Below are positions 35,601 to 47,200 of a DNA stretch of 64,000 bases, piece after piece. The DNA is from Macrostomum lignano (lineage: Eukaryota). The notes below the pieces were generated by a model that made no database searches, was not told the DNA's origin, and was given only the letters and a program-made list of their open reading frames with translations. Location of the stretch: the NCBI GenBank assembly GCA_002269645.1, contig NIVC01001998.1:67769-131768 (forward strand). The letters run 5' to 3'. The position numbers were made by a program, and so were the translations under genes. How positions within the stretch are numbered: the stretch's first letter is position 1; each line of letters starts with the position of its first letter.

Positions 35601-36601
35601 CTCTCAGCTACACAAAGTGGCACTCTCTCAGCTACACAAAGTGGCACTCTCTCAGCTACACAAAGTGGCACTCTCAGCTACACAAAGTGGCACTCTCTCA
35701 GCTACACAAAGTGGCACTCTCTCAGCTACACAAAGTGGCACTCTCTCAGCTACACAAAGTGGCACTCTCTCAGCTACACAAAGTGGCACTCTCTCAGCTA
35801 CACAAAGTGGCACTCTCAGCTACACAAAGTGGCACTCTCAGCTACACAAAGTGGCACTCTCAGCTACACAAAGTGGCACTCTCTCCTACACAAAGTGGCA
35901 CTCTCTCCTACACAAAGTGGCACTCTCTCAGCTACACAAAGTGGCACTCTCAGCTACACAAAGTGGCACTCTCTCAGCTACACAAAGTGGCACTCTCAGC
36001 TACACAAAGTGGCACTCTCTCAACTACACAAAGTGGCACTCTCTCAGCTACACAAAGTGGCACTCTCTCAGCTACACAAAGTGGCACTCTCTCAGCTACA
36101 CAAAGTGGCACTCTCTCAGCTACACAAAGTGGCACTCTCTCAGCTACACAAAGTGGCACTCTCAGCTACACAAAGTGGCACTCTCTCAACTACACAAAGT
36201 GGCACTCTCTCAGCTACACAAAGTGGCACTCTCAGCTACACAAAGTGGCACTCTCAGCTACACAAAGTGGCACTCTCAGCTACACAAAGTGGCACTCTCA
36301 GCTACACAAAGTGGCACTCTCAGCTACACAAAGTGCACTCTCTCAGCAACAAAAAGTGACACTCTAAGCTTCCAGCCATATAGAGAAGTGATGCTGAGGA
36401 TACCCGGATGTTCTGTAGCAGCAAGGCGTACTGCTCCACTGACAGTGAAGTTGCAGAATCTTCCTCCAAGAACACCAGCAGCTTCCTATAGCGACCATTA
36501 GTCAGGCGAAGCTCGCTCCTTTCGCTAGCAACAAAGTCTGGCTGAGTCGCGATGCAGATTGAGATCAAAACAGTCAGTGCAATGCTTTGGTTTAGAAGCA
36601 T
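26662..36601 (-). CDS. CLCA: CLCA-family (calcium-activated chloride channel regulator-like) protein, ~960 aa, with degenerate HExxH
   Basis: Phase-consistent exons 36404-36601, 34946-35258, 31053-31609, 30177-30404, 28803-29123, 28326-28577, 27878-28229, 27394-27678, 26662-27038. Signal peptide; NGRYRKLLV; YRWG..E; FCD..HN..N..C; vWA motifs VVVVMDTSGSMG, GGTCIG, ILLSDGEE; DNGAGADLKANDGTYS; FN3 motif PVRITDL..LSWTA; hydrophobic C-terminus. Confidence 0.92.
29222..30120. repeat. 15-bp minisatellite (cccctggtgctggcg, grading into cccctggtgctaaag), intronic
   Basis: Direct reading. Confidence 0.97.
30475..31010. repeat. 21-24-bp minisatellite (gaatctcgggagtatcttggtgac), intronic
   Basis: Direct reading. 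Confidence 0.93.
31737..34260. repeat. 15-bp two-variant minisatellite ctcatcctc(CA/TG)ctcc, ~165 units, intronic
   Basis: Direct reading. Confidence 0.98.
34415..34895. repeat. 21-bp minisatellite (caccatggaatctgagagtca) with larger duplicated blocks, intronic
   Basis: Direct reading. Confidence 0.9.
35298..36355. repeat. 20/22-bp minisatellite (ctcagctacacaaagtggcact[ct]), intronic
   Basis: Direct reading. Confidence 0.97.
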
Positions 36602-37324
36602 TTCTCCTTAAGAAGTCGGCTTCCGGGAAATTAAGATTTTTAGACTTGTAAAGCGGCTTGAAAATGACGATCAAACTGCAGGTTTCTGTATATATACATG
36701 GACTGCAGCTTGTTAGTTGCTACTTTTAGTAGCAGCAATGACACGGCACAAATGTTTTTGTTCGCCATCCAGAAATTCTTATACGATTACGTTAAATTAA
36801 TTTTTTCAACAAATTACGATTCCAAAACACTGTTAAATATCAAATAATCTACATTTCAATCAATTTCTAACAGATATTCTGTCTTTGTAAGCCTTCGCAA
36901 AAACCTTAACAATTAATAATCTTTTGGCGCAATTTGTCGTACAATTAATAACTGACGAGAGCAAACGTTAAGGTTCTCCGACTAAATGAGTCTTGCAAAT
37001 GGCTACGCCACTTGCGTATTGCTGTCGGAGGGCGACTTTCTGCGTTTCTGCTGGGCCATGGTTGGCAAGGACAAAACTGGCGTCTGCTGCGTGACAGCAA
37101 AGCAGCCCCCACCAGACATTCCGACAGCAATAAAGATCCTGAGATCCGCGGCTGCCAACTCATTGCGGATCCACTCTCTCTCTCTCCCTCCTCTACTCAT
37201 ATGGTTGCGCTTAATTATTAATTTGGCCGCAGTCGGTGAGCTCAGTAAGATCTGTAAAACGGTTAGTCCTCCTGTGTAGTTTGGTCGGTCCAGTGTGCAG
37301 TCGGTTTTCAACAATCTATACAAC

Positions 37325-37581
37325 TGTTAAAGAAATAATCAAGTCTAATAAATCTGAGGGTTAGACTTTAACAAAAAAAACAGGTAAATGTGCCCTGTGG
37401 CTAAATTATTGCTTATATATTAAATTAAATCGATGTTCTCTCTCTCCAACTCTCTGACTCAACAACGCCTCACGCACATCAACCCCACCCCAACACACTC
37501 TGAGACGGGGACCGCCAAGTGTACACTGGCGACGCTACACATAGCAGAGGGTCGGTACGCAGGCACTCCAAATCCAATACA
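37325..37581 (-). repeat. 3' LTR (257 bp)
   Basis: Matches the 5' LTR apart from an extra 110 bp (37433-37542), one substitution and one A-run difference. Confidence 0.95.
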
Positions 37582-37950
37582 CTCCCCCTAATGATGCTTC
37601 ATCATTACAGTAGTTAACATTGATATTCGAAAAAAGAAACTCGCTATTAACTTAAATGAAATTAAACGAAACGAATAGCAAAAAACAAACGAACAACAAA
37701 AAACGCTCCAACATTACAACAGACTTACAACAGACAACATGACTAAAAATGTGACACACCATCACCAGAGTACTGAGTTAACGAAAAAGTAGGAACAAAG
37801 GGAAAACGAAACTCAAAAAAAACGCGTGAAGTCGGAGGGCTCCGGAGGGCTCGGAGGGCTCTCGGAGGGAGTGAAAATTACTGCGAACTAAAACTAAACA
37901 GAAACTCGAAACAACGATTAGAACAGTCATTGAAAGTCAGTTACTTAAGT

Positions 37951-40900
37951 TCATTCAGTCACAGCTTCCAGCAAAATCAGGTTCTCCACCGGTCGGCGAA
38001 TCAAGCATCTCCTGGGACCGCGGCCAGGTCTGGGCGCGACTCGAACCGTTGCAGATCTCACCGCCCCGTCTCGGCCAGGATGCACCGACTCGATGACACC
38101 GGTACACCATGTAAGCCTCGGCTGCCCGGCCTCACCTTTCACCAGGACGATGTCGCCGGCCGTAGCTTCTCGAGTTACGCCATGCTTGGGACTTAGATTA
38201 TGTTCTCGCAGGCTGGTCAGATACTGTCGCTCCCAGCAGTCCCAGAAGGCTTGCAGTCTGGCGCGCATTCGCCTCAGCAGTGTTGGCAACGGCAGCAGGA
38301 GCTCGGGCGTACCGCTAGAAGTTGGCTCCGCCGTTAGCCGTTGCAGGACCAGAAAGTGCGCCGGCGTCAGGACTTCTCCGTTGGTTTCGGCATCCACGTA
38401 GAGTAGAGGCCGACTGTTGAGCACCGCTTCCACCTCCATTAGCACTGTCCGCAGTTCGTCCAGCGTCAGGGTTGCGTTGAGGATGGTCTTGCGCAAAGCC
38501 AGCTTGATGTCCCTCATCAGTCGCTCCCAGAAGCCTCCTTGCCACGGTGCGCGTTCGACGATGAATTGCCAGGTGATTTTCCTGGTGGCGCAGAAGTCTT
38601 GAACTTGTCGACTCTCCGACGCCTGAAGTATTTTGGCAGCCTTGGTGAATGTCTTGGCGTTGTCACTGATGAGATTGGGAATTCCTCTCCGAGCACAGAA
38701 CCGTCGGAGGGCTCGCAGGAAGGTCTCGGTCGTCAAGTCGCTCACCAGTTCCAGGTGAAGGGCTCGCGTGGCCGCACAGGTGAAAACCAGGATATAGCCT
38801 TTCTCGATCTCTGTGTCCTCCATCAGTTTGACAGGTCCGCAGTAGTCGAGTCCGCACCACTCAAAGGCTCTCCCAGACTTCACGCGTGCTTCAGGTAAGG
38901 CTGGGATTTGCTTCACTGCATATGGTAGTCCTTGAAGACGTCTGCAGACAAAGCAACTTCTCAGGATCGACTTGACTCGCTGTCTTCCTCTGATTAGCCA
39001 GAATCTCTCTCGCAGCTTACAAAGAGTGCTGGGCACTCCCCCGTGCAGAACCTTGGCGTGAGCGTCCCAGATGAGAAGAAGCTCCAGGTGTGACTTGCTC
39101 GGGATCAGAATCGGACAGTCAACCTCGGCAGAGGCGTTGGACTCCTTCAATCGACCTTGGCTTCGGAGAATACTCTTGTTGTCGAGAAAAAGATTCAACT
39201 GCCTGCTGAGATCTGTACTGGCCGCTGACTCCTGAATGTGAGCAATTTCGGCTTGAAAACTCCGTTTCTGCACTTCTCGCAGCCAGCGCTCTTCAGCTTC
39301 AAGGACTTCTGCTGCAGCCAGTGGTCCCACTCGCTCCTCCCCCGCTGCAGAAGTTCTAGCTTGCAGGTTTCTGACGAAGCGTAGGACATAGGCTGTCACC
39401 CGAATCAGCTTGATCCAGGATGAGAAGTTCGTGTCATTGAGAACTTCCTGTAGACTGATGTCAGGACCGGCTTCAGTTAGCAGAACAACTGGACGGTTCG
39501 CTTGTGTCTTCTGCTCCTCGGCAACTGCCGCTGTCGGTAAGCTGAGAAAGGATTGGTCGGGCCAATCGTCAGGAGGTCGTGCCAGCCAGTCTGGACCGTG
39601 CCACCAGCTGTCGTCCGCCTTCAACTTGCTCGCTGATGTTCCTCGAGATGCAACGTCCGCCGGATTCTCCTCGCCTGGGACATGTCTCCAGGCATCCTCT
39701 GGCACCAGGCGGCGGATCTCCGTCACCCGATTATGAACAAAGAGCTTCCAGGGTCTGTGCTGCCGGATCCAGTAGAGCGTGTCGGCACTGTCTGTCCAGC
39801 AAAACACCTGGCGAACCTGAGGATACTGACTCATGGATGATGTCAACAGTCTGGCGAGTATCAAGGCACCCAGGAGTTCGAGCCGAGGAATTGAAAGAAC
39901 CGACAGTGGAGCCACTCTCGCCTTGGCGGCCACCAGGTTGCAGCTGACGGAACCATCGGTGTACTGCACTCGCAGGTAAAGACACGCCGCATAGCATTTG
40001 ATTGACGCATCACAGAACCCATGCAGCTGTATCTCCTCGACCTCCTTCGTCGCCGAAAGCACCAACCTTGGAACTTGAAATCGACCTGCCAGCATCTCCT
40101 GCAACCACTTCAGCCACTGCTGCTTAATCGGCTCCTTTAGCGGGCAGTCCCAAGCGATCTTTTCAACGCACAGCTTCTGGAACATCGATTTCGGCAACGT
40201 AAGCAGCGGAACCAGGAAGCCCAGAGGATCGTAGACACGGGCCAGCAGCTGTAGCACGACACGCTTGGAGGGCGACGCCTTGAGCAAATCTTCTGGCGGA
40301 GAAAACTGCAGCACGAACACGTCCGATCCTGTCTCCCATCGCAGCCCGAGGACTTTTGACGATACGCCATCTTCGCCCAAGGAGGCGGCTGAATAGCTGG
40401 AGGGGTCCTCCGTGATGTCCTTCGTCACCGCCGACAACGCCGGAGCAAGAACATCACTGTCAAGTGTGCTGGCGCGAACCACTTTCAATACATTTTTGCT
40501 GTTGGACTGCCAGTGTCGCAGATTCATTCCGGCCTGTTGGAATATGTGCCGTGATTTTTGGATGAGATCCAGGGCCTGCTGTTCATCCACGCACCCAGAG
40601 ATCAGGTTGTCTACATAGATTTCTTTGGACACCTTATCCACGAACTCTGCATGCTGGCCTCGGTGAGATGCCAAGTGGTGTTGAATGACAGTCTCCAGGA
40701 CGGCAGGTGAGCAGGTGAGTCCGAACACCAGAGCAGCGTAGCGCAGAACAACGAGAGGTGAATCAGCTTGACTGGGATCCCGTGGCCAGAGGAATCGTAG
40801 AGCATCGCGGTCGTCTTCTGCAATTCGGATCTGCAAAAAAGCCTTCTCAATATCGGCAGTCAAGGCGATCGGATGAAGTCGAAATGCCTGAAGCAGTCGC

Positions 40901-43401
40901 GGAATCTCGGCCAACGAACAGGTTCCTGTTTCCAGACAGTCATTCAGCGATGGACTGCACTGATCTCGCTTGGCACTCGCGTCGAAAACCACTCGAACTT
41001 TGGTCGATTCAGCTTCAGGACGGATTACGGCTCGGTGGGGTAGGTAGTGGATGAGATCGCTGGTCCCATCTGGAGCTTCTTCGACTACGCCAGCTTCCTT
41101 CTGACTGGTCAGAATGCGGTGGTACTCCTGAAGTAGCGCAGGCTCACGACGCAGCCTCGTCAGATTGGTCTTTAGTCTCTTGAACGCTACCTCGAAGTTG
41201 TCGGGCAATCTTAATTCCTTTTTGGGAATCTTCCACGGCAGCTGAACTGAGTAGCGACCCTCTTGGAACTGGGCATTCAGAGTCAGTGGACGCTGATCAG
41301 GCTCGGCTGCACTTCTGATGCCGAGACCTTCTAAAGTCCAGAACGCCTCGATGGTGCTGCTGTCCAGACCTTTCTCCGCTCCTTGAGCACAGCAGAGAAG
41401 AACCTGCTCTGACCTGGTCTCTAGCTCACTTGCGGCGATCCCATCTGACAGTGACCCGCACAGCAACCAACCGAGCTGACTGGATACGGCAACTGGACCG
41501 GAGCCGACCTCTGAGCGAATCACTTGACCTGTGACGAGGTCGTAGAATTGGTCAGCTCCGATGAGGATACTGATCTCGGGATTCTGTTCACCACCGATGT
41601 CCCAGTCTGCCATGTCGAGGTGTTGAAAGTGCTTCATGCACAAGCTGCTGACAACTGGCTGATGAGAGCAGATGTAAGGCACTGTGTTGGCGCGCACTGT
41701 GAACTGGGCGGTGCTGTCAGATTTCCGAAGCTTGAACTCGACCATCGCAGTCTGCAGCACCTTGGCCTCTGTGCCACCGAATGTTGTCACCTCCATCGTC
41801 TCTCTGCCCATGACCTGGAGCCCCATCTTCTCAGCCAAGCTGGTCAAGATGAACGAACGGTTGCTTGCAGAGTCAAAGAGAATTCGCACCGGAGTCTCCT
41901 GATTGTTAACAGTCGAAATCAGTACAGCTCCCGCTGTTGGAAGGATCACTGTTTGAGCTTTTGTCACCATAGCCATGGTCTTCACTTCTTGACTCTTCAC
42001 ATTCTGTGCAGCAGCCTGCTCGGACTTCTTCCGGTCTTCTCCCACCTTTCCAAGTGTGGAGCCGGGTGCCTTCGGTCCATCCTTACCCTGCAGCTTCTCC
42101 ATGCGTGCGCTACAGAGACTTGGGTGATGCTTCATCTGGCAGAATTCACATTGCTTCTTTTGGTAGCAGGTCTTGACGCTGTGTCCCTTGCAGAGACAGC
42201 TGAAGCAACGCCTCTGCTCCTTCAAAAACTGGAGTCGTGCCGCAACGTCTACCAGGCGAGTGCACTTCTCTGGAGCATGTTCAGTTTCGCAGAAGGGACA
42301 AGCCGGGCTGACCTTTTTGACCTTCGTGTGAAGCGCAGCCACTGTGCCGCCATCCCTTGTCTGTTTCTCACCAGCAGTCTTGGACGCTCCATTGGAACCG
42401 GACGTCTGCCCTGCAGCTCCAACGGCCGCCTCCTCCCGGACTAAAATCTCCATTTCCAAGACCTGAAGAAACTCCGTCACAGAATCTAAGCCATTGCCAT
42501 CCCTCATCTGCGACAAGCTGCTACCAAAGGAATAACCGACGAAAGCAATCCGAGCAGTTCTCAGCATCCCGAGACGAACGACTTCCGGCAGCTTCGCCAG
42601 CAAGTTGGGCAGCAACATGGACTCGTAAGATTCGACACTCACCCCGAGATTCGTCAGACTGCGGACATTTCCATTGACTTGGTCGTAGAAATTCCTCAGG
42701 TGCTGTGCCGACGAACTGGAGCAGGTCAGCACCGAGAACTTTGCCAGGTGCTCGCGCACGGCTCCGTTGCGGGATCCAAATCGTCGTTGCAGGTTGTCGA
42801 TGGCGATATGGTAGTTGTCCTTCGTGATGTTGAGACCAGCGATCGAGTTTCGGGCTTCCCCAGACAGACACGACTGCAGGTAGCTGAATTTGTCGACGAC
42901 ACTCAGGCTCGGGTTGTCATGGATACTAGAGTTGAAGCGGTCCCAGAATTCCGTCCATTGGGTCCGATCGCCACTGAATGACGGTGGCGGCAGTTTTGGC
43001 AACCTGATGGCAGTCTGAGTCCTTGTCGTTGAAGAATTCTCTTCCGAAGACTTGGACGAAGTCGTCGTCTGTATGGCTGTATTCTGCAGCAGATTTGTTG
43101 CCTGCGGCGTGCCGGTCCGCGCGGTCTGAAGCTCCTGGAGCCGTCTGGTGAGGTTCGAGATCAATTTGCCAGCCAGCAGGTCGTACTCCATTGTCGTCCC
43201 TGCTTCAGCCTGCACGTCCTTCTCGTCAACCTCCGCGGCGAGCTCTTCATCTGCTGCTTGGAGCTGCTGCTTCTTGAACCGTAGAGCCTCTAGAACGCTG
43301 TCGATTTCATCTTCAGCAGCATCTGTTTTGAGCAGGTCTTCGGCTTTCTGTGCCAGTCTGGTGACCGTCGCTCGTAACACGCCTCTCTTCCTGGAGTCCA
43401 T
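37951..43401 (-). CDS. Bel/Pao Gag-Pol polyprotein (Gag, three Cys/His knuckles, protease, RT, RNase H, integrase)
   Basis: First ATG at 43401 within the 1825-codon ORF. Motifs: WTEFWDRF..IH (Gag); CPFC..H..C, CFSC..GH..C, CEFC..HH..LC; LFDSASNRSFI (PR); HYLPH, DIEKAFLQI, YVDN (RT); GFCDAS..YAA (RH); H..HGG..C..C, GLDYCGP, SDNAKTF, GGFWERL (IN). Confidence 0.97.
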   Translation of the reverse strand: MDSRKRGVLRATVTRLAQKAEDLLKTDAAEDEIDSVLEALRFKKQQLQAADEELAAEVDEKDVQAEAGTTMEYDLLAGKLISNLTRRLQELQTARTGTPQATNLLQNTAIQTTTSSKSSEENSSTTRTQTAIRLPKLPPPSFSGDRTQWTEFWDRFNSSIHDNPSLSVVDKFSYLQSCLSGEARNSIAGLNITKDNYHIAIDNLQRRFGSRNGAVREHLAKFSVLTCSSSSAQHLRNFYDQVNGNVRSLTNLGVSVESYESMLLPNLLAKLPEVVRLGMLRTARIAFVGYSFGSSLSQMRDGNGLDSVTEFLQVLEMEILVREEAAVGAAGQTSGSNGASKTAGEKQTRDGGTVAALHTKVKKVSPACPFCETEHAPEKCTRLVDVAARLQFLKEQRRCFSCLCKGHSVKTCYQKKQCEFCQMKHHPSLCSARMEKLQGKDGPKAPGSTLGKVGEDRKKSEQAAAQNVKSQEVKTMAMVTKAQTVILPTAGAVLISTVNNQETPVRILFDSASNRSFILTSLAEKMGLQVMGRETMEVTTFGGTEAKVLQTAMVEFKLRKSDSTAQFTVRANTVPYICSHQPVVSSLCMKHFQHLDMADWDIGGEQNPEISILIGADQFYDLVTGQVIRSEVGSGPVAVSSQLGWLLCGSLSDGIAASELETRSEQVLLCCAQGAEKGLDSSTIEAFWTLEGLGIRSAAEPDQRPLTLNAQFQEGRYSVQLPWKIPKKELRLPDNFEVAFKRLKTNLTRLRREPALLQEYHRILTSQKEAGVVEEAPDGTSDLIHYLPHRAVIRPEAESTKVRVVFDASAKRDQCSPSLNDCLETGTCSLAEIPRLLQAFRLHPIALTADIEKAFLQIRIAEDDRDALRFLWPRDPSQADSPLVVLRYAALVFGLTCSPAVLETVIQHHLASHRGQHAEFVDKVSKEIYVDNLISGCVDEQQALDLIQKSRHIFQQAGMNLRHWQSNSKNVLKVVRASTLDSDVLAPALSAVTKDITEDPSSYSAASLGEDGVSSKVLGLRWETGSDVFVLQFSPPEDLLKASPSKRVVLQLLARVYDPLGFLVPLLTLPKSMFQKLCVEKIAWDCPLKEPIKQQWLKWLQEMLAGRFQVPRLVLSATKEVEEIQLHGFCDASIKCYAACLYLRVQYTDGSVSCNLVAAKARVAPLSVLSIPRLELLGALILARLLTSSMSQYPQVRQVFCWTDSADTLYWIRQHRPWKLFVHNRVTEIRRLVPEDAWRHVPGEENPADVASRGTSASKLKADDSWWHGPDWLARPPDDWPDQSFLSLPTAAVAEEQKTQANRPVVLLTEAGPDISLQEVLNDTNFSSWIKLIRVTAYVLRFVRNLQARTSAAGEERVGPLAAAEVLEAEERWLREVQKRSFQAEIAHIQESAASTDLSRQLNLFLDNKSILRSQGRLKESNASAEVDCPILIPSKSHLELLLIWDAHAKVLHGGVPSTLCKLRERFWLIRGRQRVKSILRSCFVCRRLQGLPYAVKQIPALPEARVKSGRAFEWCGLDYCGPVKLMEDTEIEKGYILVFTCAATRALHLELVSDLTTETFLRALRRFCARRGIPNLISDNAKTFTKAAKILQASESRQVQDFCATRKITWQFIVERAPWQGGFWERLMRDIKLALRKTILNATLTLDELRTVLMEVEAVLNSRPLLYVDAETNGEVLTPAHFLVLQRLTAEPTSSGTPELLLPLPTLLRRMRARLQAFWDCWERQYLTSLREHNLSPKHGVTREATAGDIVLVKGEAGQPRLTWCTGVIESVHPGRDGAVRSATVRVAPRPGRGPRRCLIRRPVENLILLEAVTE

Positions 43402-43471
43402 GCTGTTGTTGAAAAATCGCTGAGTCACTGTAGCACTCTTGCGCTCACTGCTTGATTTTACTGTGATTTTG

Positions 43472-43483
43472 GTTCGGGCGCCA
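43472..43483 (-). other. Primer-binding site TGGCGCCCGAAC (tRNA-Lys(UUU)-type, 12 nt)
   Basis: Immediately inside the 5' LTR; identical to the first 12 nt of the classic tRNA-Lys3 PBS TGGCGCCCGAACAGGGAC. Confidence 0.75.
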
Positions 43484-43629
43484 TGTTAAAGAAATAATCA
43501 AGTCTAATAAATCTGAGGGTTAGACTTTAACAAAAAAACAGGTAAATGAGCCCTGTGGCTAAATTATTGCTTATATATTAAATTAAATCGAGCAGAGGGT
43601 CGGTACGCAGGCACTCCAAATCCAATACA
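43484..43629 (-). repeat. 5' LTR (146 bp)
   Basis: Direct repeat of the 3' LTR, adjacent to the PBS. Confidence 0.95.
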
Positions 43630-44270
43630 ACAACATCCTAAACAAATTCCAATTGAATTGATTATTTATTAGAAACAATTCCCTCAATCATCGGCTCTGC
43701 TTCAAGTTCTCCGATTTGCTGGTACAAACAGACGGCAGTTCGCAGGGGAAAGAGACGGGTGCTCATAGTAGAAACCGACTCAAGCCAATAACAGCGCGTC
43801 TGCATGGCAAGAATTCAGCTTGGAAATTTTTAAAAAGAGCGCAGAGTCGAGACAGACCCTCCGTCGAAAGCAGTCCCTAACGCGGGGTCCTTTTCTCGCG
43901 TTTTAAAAAGCTTTTTTGTTTGGCCATATAGGTGCGCAGCCCCCTTCACTTTTCTCGGGTTATTTTATTGTCCTGCTCAACTTGACCCACCCAGCTCGCT
44001 ACCGTCAGGCCCGGCCCACCCATCTACACTGCAGCTCTGCATAAGCTCACACCCACTCACTGGGAGCCAGTCTGGCTTTATCTTCTCAACCTAATATTTA
44101 AGCTTGGTATTTTGCTAATACGCATTCCTCAAGGTTAACGTTGGACAATAGAAGCTCTTTGGATTGGAAATCTTTCCCAACAGATACCATGCTATTGTTT
44201 GTTGATTGAAACTGAGACAGAAATAAACAACAGAAAATTCCCTCACATCGAGGCAAAATTTGCGATAAAA

Positions 44271-47200
44271 ATGGCTCGATGGATGTTGCTGACGGCTTGC
44301 CTCATCGCGAGTTTAATAGCATCCGGTGAGTTGACATTGATTTGTTTTTATGTATACAGCCATAGCTTTTGGTAGCGCACTGGCGGTTCTTTCATCATAG
44401 GGTCGGTTCTTCTGTCACAGGGTCGGTTCTTCTGTCACAGGGTCAGTTCTTCTGTCACAGGGTCAGTTCTTCTGTCACAGGGTCAGTTCTTCTGTCACAG
44501 GGTCAGTTCTTCTGTCACAGGGTCAGTTCTTCTGTCACAGGGTCAGTTCTTCTGTCACAGGGTCAGTTCTTCTGTCACAGGGTCAGTTCTTCTGTCACAG
44601 GGTCAGTTCTTCTGTCACAGGGTCAGTTCTTCTGTCACAGGGTCAGTTCTTCTGTCACAGGGTCAGTTCTTCTGTCACAGGGTCAGTTCTTCTGTCACAG
44701 GGTCAGTTCTTCTGTCACAGGGTCAGTTCTTCTGTCACAGGGTCAGTTCTTCTGTCACAGGGTCAGTTCTTCTGTCACAGGGTCAGTTCTTCTGTCACAG
44801 GGTCGGTTTTTTAATCACTGAATTACTTCTTGCGGAAAGGTACTTAAAGCAATAAGATTGTCTTTATCTCACGGAGTGTCAGCTCTTAAACCAATAAAAA
44901 CTTTCAATGTACTTTTAAGCAAATCTAAACATTCACCCCACCCAACCAGTTCGATCTCAGTGTCCCGCCAGTGACGCTGCTGCAAACCCTGCTGTAAGCA
45001 CTGGGGTACCAGAGAACTCGCCGGTTGGCACTCTGGTGCTCAACCTCACCGGGCCGAAACCGCCCAGTGACCCGGTAAGCCCGATCTCCAGCGTTTCAAC
45101 CTACGGTTGCTACTTCCACAGCAACACAAGCGGAATCTACATGGCTAAGGTGTTCGATCTGGAGTTTCCAACATCTTGCTCTGGCGGCAACATCAGCAAC
45201 CCTGGTGCACCAATCACCACTACTTTGAACTGCGCATCTCACACCAACTTAGTCATATCCATTACTGAGGTGGACGAGTTCGATCCGTACTTCATCAAGC
45301 CATATTACAGCTTCACGGTGGCCGAGGTAAATACCTAATTGTAGTTAAGTTACGTCCAATAACGATATAAAATTTATGTTCTTCTAAAACTATTCGAATT
45401 CTAGTCTGACCCTCCGGGAACAGCCATCTACACGTTCAAAGGTCAGGTAGCCGATCGCGACCACTCAACTACTGAACCGAGCTACTCGTTTGCGATTTTG
45501 GTAAGTACAAGTGCTATCGATGTATTATATTCATCAATTGTTTGACTACAGAATCGCCCACTGCAAATGGTGCACAATGCCAACTACGATTTACAGAACG
45601 AATCCATCGCTGCCAACATGTTCACAACCACTTACAACGGCGAAGGAGTCACCGCCGGAGTCCTGCGAATCCAGCAGGCTCTGGACTTTGACGCCGGTCC
45701 CAGCCACAGAGACTACACGTTTAACCTGTCAGCGACGGACAATTTCGGCAAGGTGGCGACTGTAGCCATCTACATTAACGTCTCGGACGTTGACGACTTG
45801 AGTCCGCGATTCAGCCAGGACATTTACCGACTGTCATTCGTGGAGAATGTGAGGCTGGGGGAATGGATTGTGGCTAAAGTGCAGTATCCTTGGTATCCAT
45901 ATCGTCTCTGTCCCTATGATATCCACAACCCTTCACTGTCCCTATGATATCCCCAACCCCTTTCTGTCCCATGATATCCACAACCTCTCTGCGTTGCCTT
46001 CAGATCTCTTGATGTTACCAAACCGAAATTCCAAAGCAACTCAACATTTGAATCTTATTTTTACACACCAGGAAACCAGCCAGTTGAACGTGTCTCTTAA
46101 GACTGTGCCTGAACTATACGCATCCGATATGGACATCGGCATCAATCAGACCATTGGCTACACTATTCAGTCAGGTAATTTGCAAATACGCGCTCCAATA
46201 TTGGTGCACTTTATGTCAGAACTTCTACTTTATATATATTTATCCATCTAATTTAATTATATCAATAATTTTACTATTTCAGTATCTGTTTCAGCTTCTG
46301 GTCAGTAACTAAAGAATTACATGCATATTTCATATGGTTCATAGCCTTTCATTTATTTGGATCAGATGAAATAAAAAATTTCATGCCAAATAATTCAAAA
46401 TTTTTATGGCTTGGATGCATGAAAACTGTTCTTATAATCTTTTTAGACTACCTACTATATGCACCCAGGCTAACTGCAGAACCAACCCATTCTAATCAAC
46501 CTATTACAGGATCAGTGTTGGGCGGTGAGACTTTCCTCGCCATCAACTCTTCGACAGGACAGTTTCTGGTGACAAGACTGATTGACAGAGAGGCAATGAC
46601 TACCAATGAGTTATTGGTGCAAGTCAAGGTAAGGTTGCTGAGCACCATGCCTGCTCAAGCTTAAAATGTCTAGCCACTCATGTACCTAGCTATTGAAATA
46701 TCTAGCTTCTGAGCTGTCTGGCTACGGAGCTATCTAGCTACTGAGCTATCTAGCTACTGAGCTATCTAGCTACGGAGCTATCTAGCTATTGAGCTATCTA
46801 GCTACTGAGCTATCTAGCTACTGAGCTATCTAGCTACGGAGCTATCTAGCTATTGAGCTATCTGAGCTATCTAGCTACTGAGCTATCTGAGCTATCTGAG
46901 CTATCTAGCTACTGAGCTATCTGAGCTATCTGAGCTATCTAGCTACTGAGCTATCTAGCTATCTGAGCTATCTAGCTACTGAGCTATCTAGCTACTGAGC
47001 TATCTAGCTACGGAGCTATCTAGCTATTGAGCTATCTGAGCTATCTAGCTACTGAGCTATCTGAGCTATCTGAGCTATCTAGCTACTAAGCTATCTAGCT
47101 ATCTGAGCTATCTAGCTACTGAGCTATCTAGCTATCTGAGCTATCTGAGCTATCTAGCTATCTGAGCTATCTGAGCTATCTAGCTACTGAGCTATCTAGC

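Larger units (their letters stand above)
37325..43629 (-). mobile_element. Bel/Pao LTR retrotransposon with intact coding region
   Basis: TG..CA LTRs at 37325-37581 and 43484-43629; 5-bp TSD ACAAC (37320-24, 43630-34); PBS at 43472-43483; PPT tagggggag at 37582-37590; single gag-pol ORF. Confidence 0.97.

Noticed and set aside
36945-37323. Short ORFs between CLCA and the LTR element
   Set aside because: Under 110 aa, overlapping on both strands, no recognisable motif or convincing splice partners
37582-37950. env-like third ORF in the Bel/Pao element
   Set aside because: Only ~370 bp of A-rich 3' UTR with short ggagggctc repeats; no ORF
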